IMG/VR virus record: IMGVR_UViG_3300045996_000592
Span: 32,001 to 96,000 of that record
DNA length: 64,000 nt
Origin: a virus
Strand: one strand, 5' to 3'
Shown: positions 47,235 through 55,783 of the stretch, one piece after another
How positions within the stretch are numbered: position 1 is the first letter of the stretch
Layout: every line of letters begins with the position of its first letter
Position numbers and translations under genes: made by a program
The notes under the pieces: generated by a model
The model's input: only the letters and a program-made list of their open reading frames with translations
The model's database searches: none
What the model was told of the DNA's origin: nothing

Positions 47235-48352
47235 TATCTGGAATAGTTAAAAACCCCGGTAGAGAAGGTCTGGTAATACCTGGCATAATGACTCTTCCTG
47301 TTAGCCAACCACTGGGTACGTATTTCACGGAAGTCAGGGGTATTTATAAAGGAAAGAGCCTGTATCTGCGCCTCATTATAACGACGTTCGATTAAAGCTA
47401 ACCTCTGGGCGAAGTCTTCTCCAGATATCCAGTTGTTCTCCAGTATCCTCAGTTTCAAGGCGTACTCGTAGAAATCGTTAACTTTCTCGTGGTCTAGGAC
47501 CAGCAGGTTACCGTCTTCATCCTCCAGCATTCCCAGATAACGGATGTAAACCTTACCGTTGGAGTAGGATGTATACAGATAGCCATCCTTTATCTCAGCT
47601 GAGTTCGGTGCCATAGTACCGAGGTGCATACACTGGGGGTCAACCCACCTGCCCGGTTTTATGGCCAGCTTCTCGAATATAGTGTACTCCCGGCACTCGC
47701 CAGTAGAAGGGGTCTTCTCAGTAACTACTACTGTACCGTTACAGGTAGAGTAAACAAGACTCTGCCTCATGGGGTCAGGGTCATTATTACAGTTCGAAGT
47801 AGATGAGATGCAGTCATCACAACCGGGTTTCGGCCGGGTACAGGTATACTCGTCATCTTTCAGCCAGCAACCGGCTCCCTTTATCAGGGTAAGACTGGGT
47901 TTAGCCTCTACGGATTTAGCACAGATCTTATGAGTACCTGGTTCGAAATAAACCGACTCAGTAGTCTCATCGCAGTAGATGACAGTTGTCTGAGCCCCGG
48001 TAGTGGTCTGTATCGTCCAGCAGGGACAGGTAGACTGGGTGATGTTCGGTGTAAGTACATCTTCCGTAACCCTTCCATGTGGATGGGGCGGGGTAGTCAC
48101 CCTGTAAGTACCGCACATTAGCGCGGCCTTCAGGGAGTAGAAATCGTTAGGTAATTTGGCCTTCCCGTTATAAACATCCAGGATGGTTTCCTTCGGTTTA
48201 TGAATCTTCAACCCGAGGTCGTAACTCACCCGCTGGGCTACCTTGATAAGGGTAGCCGGCTCTATCATCCCGTTCTCTGTAAGGCGGGACAGATCGAGCT
48301 CCACACTTTCAAGGAGTTCAGAGAAAGTTCTGAAAGACAGCTCTTTATTCAT
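47234..48352 (-). CDS. tail ring / tubular protein with a Cys-rich insertion
   Basis: GKAKLPNDFY, GKVYIRYLG...DEDGNLLVLDH..VNDFYEYALK; upstream of the muzzle gene. Confidence 0.7.
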   Translation of the reverse strand: MNKELSFRTFSELLESVELDLSRLTENGMIEPATLIKVAQRVSYDLGLKIHKPKETILDVYNGKAKLPNDFYSLKAALMCGTYRVTTPPHPHGRVTEDVLTPNITQSTCPCWTIQTTTGAQTTVIYCDETTESVYFEPGTHKICAKSVEAKPSLTLIKGAGCWLKDDEYTCTRPKPGCDDCISSTSNCNNDPDPMRQSLVYSTCNGTVVVTEKTPSTGECREYTIFEKLAIKPGRWVDPQCMHLGTMAPNSAEIKDGYLYTSYSNGKVYIRYLGMLEDEDGNLLVLDHEKVNDFYEYALKLRILENNWISGEDFAQRLALIERRYNEAQIQALSFINTPDFREIRTQWLANRKSHYARYYQTFSTGVFNYSR

Positions 48353-48356
48353 CGGG

Positions 48357-49037
48357 TTATCTTAATACGTGGTTGTTATCGTGATTTTGGTCGGAGGGTA
48401 TTTGGCCCGGGGCTATCCCAAGGGACTGGAATAATTTATTTTCCGCTCTCGAAATAATGTAGTCGGGGATATTACACACCTGCTCTTGACGGGGTAGGCA
48501 CTTCTCATCCGAGTCACACTTGTACGCGGATATGTCGTCCTCAGGAGCGCCGATAATCTTTACCGCCGGCCAGTCTATGTCAGGGAAGTAAAGATGATTG
48601 TTGAGTTCCCAGTAGTACTTGGTAGTATTCCTGAGGTACTTGAAATTACTCTGACGGGTCATCTTGGCGTACTTCTCCGGCGTGGTAGGGGAAAGTTCTA
48701 CTGAGCCATCCAGAGAGGACACACTGCGTATCAGTATCCCGTAATACCCCTCGAAGAACGCAGGTAGCGGGCACTCGGTACGCATGATCTTCACCCCGGA
48801 TTTTATCCCGGAACAGGCTGCTTCGACTTTATCTACTTCTACCAGGTCAACCTTCTCCAGGCTCTCCATGATGGAGTTATAACACAGAATACGGGACTGC
48901 CCATCGAGCTCCTTCATCACCTCGTATATATGAGGTCTCATCATATTGTATAATTCCCGGTCCGTCAAAAATGAATCGACAGACTGGGCTTTAAGTTTTT
49001 TCCGTAAACGGCTGGTTATTTCTCCGTAGGTGACCAT
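48357..49037 (-). CDS. putative tail ring protein
   Basis: T.GEI.SRLR...DSFLTDR, YYW..NNHLYFP; position in the tail module. Confidence 0.65.
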   Translation of the reverse strand: MVTYGEITSRLRKKLKAQSVDSFLTDRELYNMMRPHIYEVMKELDGQSRILCYNSIMESLEKVDLVEVDKVEAACSGIKSGVKIMRTECPLPAFFEGYYGILIRSVSSLDGSVELSPTTPEKYAKMTRQSNFKYLRNTTKYYWELNNHLYFPDIDWPAVKIIGAPEDDISAYKCDSDEKCLPRQEQVCNIPDYIISRAENKLFQSLGIAPGQIPSDQNHDNNHVLR

Positions 49038-49046
49038 TGGGTGGGG

Positions 49047-49664
49047 TTAGTCGAGGTCGAACTCGTTATAGTTCTTCAGTATCTCCTGTTCATCCTTCTT
49101 CCGGTAGTGTTTGTAGTTACGCTTCCTGAAGAGTTTTGAGATATACCGGATGTTGTCTATAATGACGTACTGCTTGTATCTCTCCGGGTAGGATCTGGCT
49201 ACCGCTCTCTTGAACTCCCGGCAGAACTCCCGGTCCATGTGCCAGAGGTCGTGGTTCCTGAATGTCCTGCGGGATACTTCCGAGAGGTCTGTGAAGCTGG
49301 TCTCGTAGTTGGTGTAAAATATCTTGGCCAGCCACTGGTTACTTTCGAAGTTCTGGTGCTGTACCTTCTGGCCGAGCTCCTGTGATTTTTGGGCGTCGGG
49401 GTTATCCCGAACCTTTCTCTTACAGGAGCCTATAAAAATATAGCCCATCTGGGCCAGTAGCTCTACGCCGTCCCGCACTCTGATGATAGTTTCGTACTGT
49501 TCTTTGTTAAAGGTGAGTACGATCTCTTTTATCAGGTTATCTGGGACATCCTTCAGCTCCGGGTGCTTATCGCGGAGCCACTTATAGAACTCAGCGTTAA
49601 GCGTGGTGGTCTTCTTTTTACGGAACCTGGGAGCGTTAAGATCTGGTTTTCGGTACGGCTTCAA
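49047..49664 (-). CDS. IHF/HU-like protein of crAss-like phages
   Basis: Basic; RDGVEL...GYIFIG; position in the tail module; TTG start. Confidence 0.6.
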   Translation of the reverse strand: MKPYRKPDLNAPRFRKKKTTTLNAEFYKWLRDKHPELKDVPDNLIKEIVLTFNKEQYETIIRVRDGVELLAQMGYIFIGSCKRKVRDNPDAQKSQELGQKVQHQNFESNQWLAKIFYTNYETSFTDLSEVSRRTFRNHDLWHMDREFCREFKRAVARSYPERYKQYVIIDNIRYISKLFRKRNYKHYRKKDEQEILKNYNEFDLD

Positions 49665-49743
49665 AATGATAGTGGTTTATAGGGGCCGGCTCCTTAATAA
49701 ATTAAGACTATTTAGGCGTTCTACCTAAATAAACTGGGGAGGT

Positions 49744-49899
49744 TTACCAGGCGTCTTCCCTGTGAAGTAGTCCGAGGATAAGGCCTATTACCGCCATCAC
49801 CAAGAGTACGTAAATCGTTGAGCCGGCGTTAAAGACAAAAGCTCCGAGTATCCATCCTGTAAAGAGGATGGCAGATACAATATATAGTAGTGATTTCAT
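49744..49899 (-). CDS. lmo0937/DUF5670-like two-helix membrane peptide (51 aa, not in the ORF track)
   Basis: MKSLLYIVSAILFTGWILGAFVFNAGSTIYVLLVMAVIGLILGLLHREDAW. Confidence 0.7.
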   Translation of the reverse strand: MKSLLYIVSAILFTGWILGAFVFNAGSTIYVLLVMAVIGLILGLLHREDAW

Positions 49900-50231
49900 A
49901 TTAGTCAGTCTTTATAAATCCATCATCCGACACCACCTCTCAAACCGGTCATATACTACCTCGGTAAGTGGTTCATAGAGTCCGGGGTTAGTGTCGTTAA
50001 GTTTATAGCCAGTCATCTTCTCGTTATCTACCATCAGCATAGTTCTCTTATCTCCTATGAAAACGTAGGCGTACTTCAACCGGTCGCGGAGTTGTTGTTC
50101 TGGGGTACGTTCAGGTATCGGTTCTCCCCATAAGACATGGCGCTCGAAATCACGGGATCTCTTAGCTGCTAACTCCTTCCAGAGCTCCGCCTCTTTTTGT
50201 GGCATCCAAATCATATTAGTCAGTCTTTATA
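49896..50231. repeat. perfect 21-bp direct repeat TCATATTAGTCAGTCTTTATA (49896-49916 and 50211-50231) flanking ORF 49912-50214
   Basis: Read directly; each copy spans a stop codon and the next ATG on the minus strand. Confidence 0.9.
49912..50214 (-). CDS. hypothetical protein
   Basis: 100-aa ORF between the repeats. Confidence 0.65.
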   Translation of the reverse strand: MIWMPQKEAELWKELAAKRSRDFERHVLWGEPIPERTPEQQLRDRLKYAYVFIGDKRTMLMVDNEKMTGYKLNDTNPGLYEPLTEVVYDRFERWCRMMDL

Positions 50232-50599
50232 GGTATAAACTCTATATTTGATATTCCTCCTCCGGTACTGTAGTCATCGAATCCGGCTTCCTGCCATCTT
50301 TCGTACCAACCTTCTTCTTCAGAGTCCTGGTTATTTAGTTCGTCCCAGAGTTCCCTCTTATCCACTGGTATCATGTACCAGTGGCCAGAATCGTCCCGGT
50401 CGAAGAAGTGATGATTACTCAGGAAGGCGCCAGCCTCGTCCAGCAGCGCCCGCACCTCGGTATGGTTTTCCCTGAATCTCAGGTACTCCTCGATGTCTTT
50501 AGAAAGGTCCTCTACGTTCATATCAACGGTAGAGGATAACCCTTTAGCTAACTGGATACACCAGTTAGCTCTTTTCAGTAGGTCTATTGTATTGGTCAT
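50216..50599 (-). CDS. hypothetical protein
   Basis: 127 aa; DRDDSGHWYMIP motif. Confidence 0.7.
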   Translation of the reverse strand: MTNTIDLLKRANWCIQLAKGLSSTVDMNVEDLSKDIEEYLRFRENHTEVRALLDEAGAFLSNHHFFDRDDSGHWYMIPVDKRELWDELNNQDSEEEGWYERWQEAGFDDYSTGGGISNIEFIPIKTD

Positions 50600-50994
50600 T
50601 TTCTCTTATTGGTTTTATACTTATAACTGCCGACGGTCAAACCCGAGTTAGGCCTCTTCTCCAACCCATCCATTATACGTTTAGCACATTCCTCTCCGTA
50701 CTGCTCAGTGAGCTGGTCTAACCGGTGGGAAACAGTTACGTACTGGAGTTTGGTGCCCGGCTCTTGTGTGATCTGATCCTGGAATCTTTCCGCCTCGTCT
50801 TTTATGGCCTGGTTAAACATTTCCAAACCGACCTTACCAGTTACAGTGCCGCCAGGTAATCTGTAAAATCCGCCCCCGAGATCTTTTACAGATAAATCTT
50901 CCAAGTCTTCGAATGCCTCATTAAATTTCTGAGTAAACTCTTCCTCGGTCATCGGGATTTTTACGGAGATCGGGTCATTAGGGCCGTAACTCAT
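50596..50994 (-). CDS. hypothetical protein
   Basis: 132 aa, ATGA overlaps. Confidence 0.65.
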   Translation of the reverse strand: MSYGPNDPISVKIPMTEEEFTQKFNEAFEDLEDLSVKDLGGGFYRLPGGTVTGKVGLEMFNQAIKDEAERFQDQITQEPGTKLQYVTVSHRLDQLTEQYGEECAKRIMDGLEKRPNSGLTVGSYKYKTNKRK

Positions 50995-51260
50995 ATTCGA
51001 GGACTACCTCCGTAAGTCTCCATACACTGAACACATAAAGCGGCGATTTTCCTCAGGTAAACCGTGGTTTTTTCATGAGGAGTAGACTCGGTATACCATG
51101 ATTCTAGCGCCTTATTTAAGTTTAGCTGAATGGCTGATAAGGTATCTCCTACATGGAGTTCTGGAATGATGTCCGGGTGAGTAGTGTCTAACTTCAGTCG
51201 ATCTTGGTAGTCCCTCTCCGAACTTATTATTTCATAAACCTGCTCTCTATTCATTATCAC
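50991..51260 (-). CDS. hypothetical protein (possible all-alpha MazG-like fold)
   Basis: I.SERDYQD...LRKIAALCVQCME. Confidence 0.65.
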   Translation of the reverse strand: MIMNREQVYEIISSERDYQDRLKLDTTHPDIIPELHVGDTLSAIQLNLNKALESWYTESTPHEKTTVYLRKIAALCVQCMETYGGSPRI

Positions 51261-51474
51261 AGGGAATTATGTCCACGTAATACTCCTTACCTTCTATCAG
51301 CTGTTCTGCAGCGCTCCCGTTGATGGTGTTAAAGTTCAGTGACCCGGCCGGGGTGTATTTCCAGAACTGCTCGTTCTCTGGGCTACCTGAGGTTACTGCT
51401 CCGAGGGTTATGTTATAACCTTCTTCTGTCTTGATGTTCTGCCATACGGAGAACTTGCACCTTACTTTAGTCAT
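51247..51474 (-). CDS. conserved-looking small phage protein
   Basis: VRCKF...ENEQFWKYTPAG...GKEYYVD. Confidence 0.75.
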   Translation of the reverse strand: MTKVRCKFSVWQNIKTEEGYNITLGAVTSGSPENEQFWKYTPAGSLNFNTINGSAAEQLIEGKEYYVDIIPCDNE

Positions 51475-51478
51475 ATAG

Positions 51479-52081
51479 TTAGTTGGTTTTATTAGATAAC
51501 GTGAATTGATAGTACTCTTTAGCCGCTCTCAGTTGATCTTCATCTTTTACATAAAACTCCCAGTTATCCTTCCCCACCTCTACGCCTATCACATCTATAA
51601 CAAAAGTTTTAGGAATAAAAGGGAAGCTCCGAACGAGGAAGTTTTTACTTCCAATTGAGTGTTTTTCATCGGGGGTGTTATTGAAAATCGCTGTCCCCGA
51701 CCATGTAGCCCCTTTTGTGTCCTTCCAGGTGATAGCGTATATATAGTGTACGGAACCGTCCGGGTTTTTGAATAATCCTCCTTCCCGGTTATTTTGGTAC
51801 AAGATTCTACCACCCATCTCCTCTGAGATATTAACCCACTCATCGTCAGTCCCCATAATAGGTGTGATAGGTTCGAAGAGACAGAGTTTCTTTATAGCAG
51901 AAGAAACAGCCCCGGCAGTATAAGGAGCAGACCCGCCTGATTGTCCTGACTCAGCGAACTTATTGACTAGTGATAATATTTCCGGAATGAACTCCTTTAT
52001 TATTGGTGGGTTGTCCTCTGTAGGGTACATGTCACAGAGAATCCTGAGTTCCTTTTCTGCGTGTTTAAGTAGATTACTCAT
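51479..52081 (-). CDS. hypothetical phage protein
   Basis: GQSGGSAPY...PITPIMGTDDEW...QNNR motif. Confidence 0.75.
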   Translation of the reverse strand: MSNLLKHAEKELRILCDMYPTEDNPPIIKEFIPEILSLVNKFAESGQSGGSAPYTAGAVSSAIKKLCLFEPITPIMGTDDEWVNISEEMGGRILYQNNREGGLFKNPDGSVHYIYAITWKDTKGATWSGTAIFNNTPDEKHSIGSKNFLVRSFPFIPKTFVIDVIGVEVGKDNWEFYVKDEDQLRAAKEYYQFTLSNKTN

Positions 52082-52084
52082 ATT

Positions 52085-52285
52085 TTACTTATTTTTTGGG
52101 TAACAGATTTTCTTTAAGTCCTTCTCAACCTTAGACTCACTTATCTTCTGGTTGGCGGCCATGTCGGGGTGAATAATCTCAAGACAGCCCATACACATCC
52201 ACTTATAGTTTACCTGCGGTACAGGTACTGTTCTGAATAAGGGAACGTCAAATACGGAGTCCTCGCAGTTATCGCACTTTAACAT
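52085..52285 (-). CDS. small zinc-finger-like protein
   Basis: CDNC...CMGC. Confidence 0.6.
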   Translation of the reverse strand: MLKCDNCEDSVFDVPLFRTVPVPQVNYKWMCMGCLEIIHPDMAANQKISESKVEKDLKKICYPKNK

Positions 52286-52297
52286 TAGATAGGTTTT

Positions 52298-53557
52298 TTA
52301 TTCGTAGTACCGGAACTCACCGGTAGATCCTTTGGTTTCAGAATGCAGCTCGATGATCCCTCCGCGGTTGTTACCAGTCCACTTGTTTGAGTAGTGGTAG
52401 TAGTCTAAGGTGGTCAGACTAGGTAAAATTCTCGAGGTAAACCCGTTAATCTCATTCTCAGTGATGTACGCGATCTGCTTCTTCTTATGGTAGTGGCCGG
52501 TATAGAGAGTACGATACTTGGTGTTCCCCCAGTCTTTGGCCCACTCAGTGGCAAACGTCAAAGGAGACTTCTGCACATCGAAATCACCGTGTTCAAAGGA
52601 TAGGAAACTGTTACCATAGACCACCACCTTCCTCTCCGCGTACTCTATGTCCCAGATGATGTTTTTGGACTGGATACACTTCGATAACGAATAGGCTATA
52701 TGCGCCTCAGTCAGGCGGCTATGGTTCCCCGGAATATAAACCACCTGTAGGGTATTACAGAACTGTTTACAGTAGTTCACAACCCAGAACATCAGGTCAA
52801 ACGCCAGTTTATATGCGTCATACGCTGACATCGAGTTGTCTACTAAAGTTTTCTGTGACGTAGTGTACCCGAGAAAGGTATCCATGTTCACGAGATCTCC
52901 ACCGAGTACCAGAATTATCTTATCCAGTTTGGCTGAGTGGTAGGCGCGACCTACGAGGTTCTGTACGCAGTTCTTCACTGAGGTCTCGATATCGTGGGGA
53001 ACCATTGTGGACTTCCCGACGTGCACATCCTGTAAACTAAGTATGGCGCATGTTTTATCAGAGAAGTTCTTGTTGATAGTGGGTATGGGGGCTGGCTTAT
53101 AACTAAACTTATATTTACTGAGGACGTCGTCTATGGCGGTAACCGGGTCAGATTTCTTCCTACCGACGTTACCGGAAATACACCAGTACCGATCTCCCTG
53201 GCGCGTCTGTTTTTCCTTGTTCCAGTAACTAACCAGTTTCCAGTTAGTTCCGGTCAGTTTTAACCTTTTTTCAATCTCTTCCGGGCTGAGGGGCTCTGAC
53301 GTAAGGTGTGCGGTGAAAGCACCTGTTCCCTTCTCAATATTCTCTGAGAACTCCACTATCTTATCCTCCAGGGCTGAGATATACTCAGTGGTCTCAAGAT
53401 TACCGGATATACCCCCGGTCCCGTAACCCGATAACTCAGTCCGGATAGACCTGAACTCTTCGGGGCTTACCCCGGATTTCTTAGCCAACCGGGTAGAGTT
53501 CAGCTTCTTATTTTTCGGGTCAGATAAGATCTCCCGTACTCTGTCTTTAGTAGTCAT
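52298..53557 (-). CDS. calcineurin-like metallophosphoesterase
   Basis: DVH, GGDLVN, PGNH, EHGD and GHYH motifs; possible N-terminal HTH. Confidence 0.88.
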   Translation of the reverse strand: MTTKDRVREILSDPKNKKLNSTRLAKKSGVSPEEFRSIRTELSGYGTGGISGNLETTEYISALEDKIVEFSENIEKGTGAFTAHLTSEPLSPEEIEKRLKLTGTNWKLVSYWNKEKQTRQGDRYWCISGNVGRKKSDPVTAIDDVLSKYKFSYKPAPIPTINKNFSDKTCAILSLQDVHVGKSTMVPHDIETSVKNCVQNLVGRAYHSAKLDKIILVLGGDLVNMDTFLGYTTSQKTLVDNSMSAYDAYKLAFDLMFWVVNYCKQFCNTLQVVYIPGNHSRLTEAHIAYSLSKCIQSKNIIWDIEYAERKVVVYGNSFLSFEHGDFDVQKSPLTFATEWAKDWGNTKYRTLYTGHYHKKKQIAYITENEINGFTSRILPSLTTLDYYHYSNKWTGNNRGGIIELHSETKGSTGEFRYYE

Positions 53558-53585
53558 GAAGTAGTCAGTGTTTGATTACGGATTA

Positions 53586-53655
53586 GGAAGTTATAGATTA
53601 ATAACTGGATAACCAAAATTATTTTTGGGTATCTAAAAAATAGTTACTAATTTAG
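53586..53655. promoter_or_regulatory. back-to-back divergent promoters
   Basis: Minus: TTTG (53617-53614)-N20-TAACTTCC; plus: TTTG (53624-53627)-N20-TAATTTAG (53648-53655). Confidence 0.6.
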
Positions 53656-53659
53656 TAGT

Positions 53660-54052
53660 ACCTTACTACTCCGGGAAGTTTAGTAACTAGTGTGACCTGA
53701 AGATATTTTTATACGTTAAATCCGTAACCCGGTCTGCCTGCACACTGATTACTACTTCTTCCCGGAATAGTACAGGTCAAGACCGGGTTTTTTATGTCCC
53801 GGCGGCCCGACCAACAAATTTGCCCTAAGAAGTCGGTATTCAGGCACGCAGCAGACCATCCCCGTAAGGACGGCGCCAGGGTACACTTCTTTTAAATGGG
53901 GAGTAAGGTCTTCTAAAGACTTGTTTCCTGCTTCCCAGCCCACTCATCAGAACTAACCGGTAAGGAGAAAATACGAGTCTATCTCTCTAAGGGGGTAGGG
54001 GGATAGACTTGTTTATTCTTACCTTCATCAGGAGTGATGGTTGGTGAGGAAG
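53660..54052 (+). ncRNA. candidate structured non-coding RNA or regulatory/origin region
   Basis: About 400 nt without a credible ORF; 31-nt 5' segment complementary to a hairpin loop; terminator-like stem 53726-53793; second long hairpin at about 53959-54023. Confidence 0.55.
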
Positions 54053-54053
54053 T

Positions 54054-54085
54054 TTTGGTTATCCAGAATATATTAGTTATCTTAG
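54054..54085 (+). promoter_or_regulatory. putative promoter
   Basis: TTTG-N20-TATCTTAG; shares TTTTGGTTATCCAG with the minus-strand promoter near 53610. Confidence 0.6.
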
Positions 54086-54108
54086 ATAACCTCAAAAACA
54101 GTAACATC

Positions 54109-54507
54109 ATGTTCGACGAAAAGTGGTTAAAAGAACTCATAACCCTTGTAAAGACAACCGACGTATCCGGTCTGTCAGAAGGAGAGATAAAGTGTTTATC
54201 CCCGGAGCTCAGTCACGGCAGTTTGGGCTGGATAAGTTCAGAGGTCTTTACCGGTATAACGAGACTGGAGAGTGGTATAGCATTACACCCCCGGTACCCG
54301 GTTAAGCGGACGTGACGAGACTCGAGCCGCCTACACTTCTATTCTTCCCGGGTCGATGAGATAGGACTGAGTATGATTAAGATTATGACTAAAGAGGACC
54401 CGCTTGTTATGGGGTCTTATAAAGGTTATGATGAAGTGATGTACTACGGAAAATGCCCCTCTATTAACGAGTTAAGAATTATTATGAGACTACTTCATAT
54501 ACAATAA
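54109..54507 (+). pseudogene. ORF interrupted by an in-frame TGA (54313-54315), or a read-through gene
   Basis: MFDEKW...VKRT*RDSSRL...YYGKCPSINELRIIMRLLHIQ*; one frame throughout, ending 4 nt before the next ATG. Confidence 0.5.
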
Positions 54508-54511
54508 CCAT

Positions 54512-54778
54512 ATGAACCATATAGAAGGAATACACGCAGATGACCTCAAACCGGAATCAGTCATCCTCAAACGCACCGTCTACGAAGAGATGATTAATCG
54601 TATCAACCTGCTAACAGACGCACTAAAGAAAGTAACAGAGGACGGTACTCACGCTTTCGTAAGACTGGAGTTTTTCGATAGACCACCGTGCGGACCATTT
54701 GGTAAGATCCGATACCAACTCCTCAGTAAAGAGGACCTAGTAAAGCTCTGTAGGAAGGAAGCTTTCCCCTTAAAGTAA
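54512..54778 (+). CDS. hypothetical protein
   Basis: 88 aa. Confidence 0.6.
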   Translation: MNHIEGIHADDLKPESVILKRTVYEEMINRINLLTDALKKVTEDGTHAFVRLEFFDRPPCGPFGKIRYQLLSKEDLVKLCRKEAFPLK

Positions 54779-54803
54779 AAACCCCGGTAGAGAACTACCA
54801 GGG
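54777..54803 (-). terminator. terminator-like hairpin between convergent genes
   Basis: CCCcGGTAG-agaa-CTACCaGGG preceded by an A-tract (U-tract on the minus strand). Confidence 0.55.
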
Positions 54804-54841
54804 CCGAGGCTAAGAATAAACCAATTAAAAATCCTAACCCG

Positions 54842-55780
54842 TTAATAGGGTGGTAAGGTTATATCCTGGGTAGAGACCAGTGTCCCGTTTGCCCAGTAGG
54901 TTTTAAAGGTGAAGGTTGAGTCTTCGTCGAGGTCTTGTGTATCTTTGGTCAGAGTAATGAACGCACTGTGCAGCCCCATAATGGACGTATCTACTGTACC
55001 TGATGTACCGATCAGATCGGCGCCATCGAATACCTTGAAGAAGGTACTACCATAAGGAGAGCCGCCCTCCCCGTACTGGGAAGAGTTTATCCAGCTCATG
55101 TAAAGTATACCCTGGGTAGCCGCGTCATTCTCGGTAACTGTAGGAGTAAACTGGTCTAAAGTAAAAGACGGGAGTTCCGCCACCGAGCCGCTCCAGGTAA
55201 CCCCGGAGTTCACATCCCAGTAGGGGATCCCGTTATAAGGAGTAAGGTCTACATCATTCCATGGTATATCCCCCTCGTTCCCGTAATCCACAGAAAAACT
55301 ATCTATATCAAGGTTGTCTATGGTAGGTTCGGCACATCCTACCTGGATCTGCGTCACCATATCCCCTATGGTCAGATAAACCGTATCCTCTGTCGTATCT
55401 GCCGAGAGTACTGCCCGGAACTGTTTCGCGGTAGTTACCCCGCTGCAGGTCTGGTCGAAGGAGCCGCTAATAACGACATCATAAGGTATCGGATGGACCG
55501 CCGTAAGCTCCCCCTGGTAATGAGCCCCGTCATGGGTTATCTCTATGCCCACGGGTACATAAAGGTTAGTACCGTATGGAACGCCGTCACTGGTACCTCC
55601 TGAGCAGCAGTCCGAATAAATCTTGCCCTCATAGGAGCCGGCCGCATCGAGTTCTATGGCGATAGTAGTACCTGAAGAGGTCACCGACGTATAAGACGAC
55701 TCACTCTTCCTGCGATAGGTGGCTATAAACCCGCAAGCCGGGGTAGGTGAAGGGGATGAAAAGGTTATGCTAAGATCCAT
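54842..55780 (-). CDS. putative virion decoration/fibre protein (Ig/FN3-like)
   Basis: Beta-rich, S/T/G/D-rich; FN3-like N-terminus (YRRKSE...YEG). Confidence 0.65.
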   Translation of the reverse strand: MDLSITFSSPSPTPACGFIATYRRKSESSYTSVTSSGTTIAIELDAAGSYEGKIYSDCCSGGTSDGVPYGTNLYVPVGIEITHDGAHYQGELTAVHPIPYDVVISGSFDQTCSGVTTAKQFRAVLSADTTEDTVYLTIGDMVTQIQVGCAEPTIDNLDIDSFSVDYGNEGDIPWNDVDLTPYNGIPYWDVNSGVTWSGSVAELPSFTLDQFTPTVTENDAATQGILYMSWINSSQYGEGGSPYGSTFFKVFDGADLIGTSGTVDTSIMGLHSAFITLTKDTQDLDEDSTFTFKTYWANGTLVSTQDITLPPY

Positions 55781-55783
55781 CTG

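Noticed and set aside
49212-49233. 10-bp near-tandem repeat GAACTCCCGG in the IHF-like gene
   Set aside because: A small in-frame duplication (REFCREF) with no further support for a function
53752-53943. 63-aa minus-strand ORF in the intergenic region
   Set aside because: GTG start, no motif, and the sequence is better explained by base-paired structure
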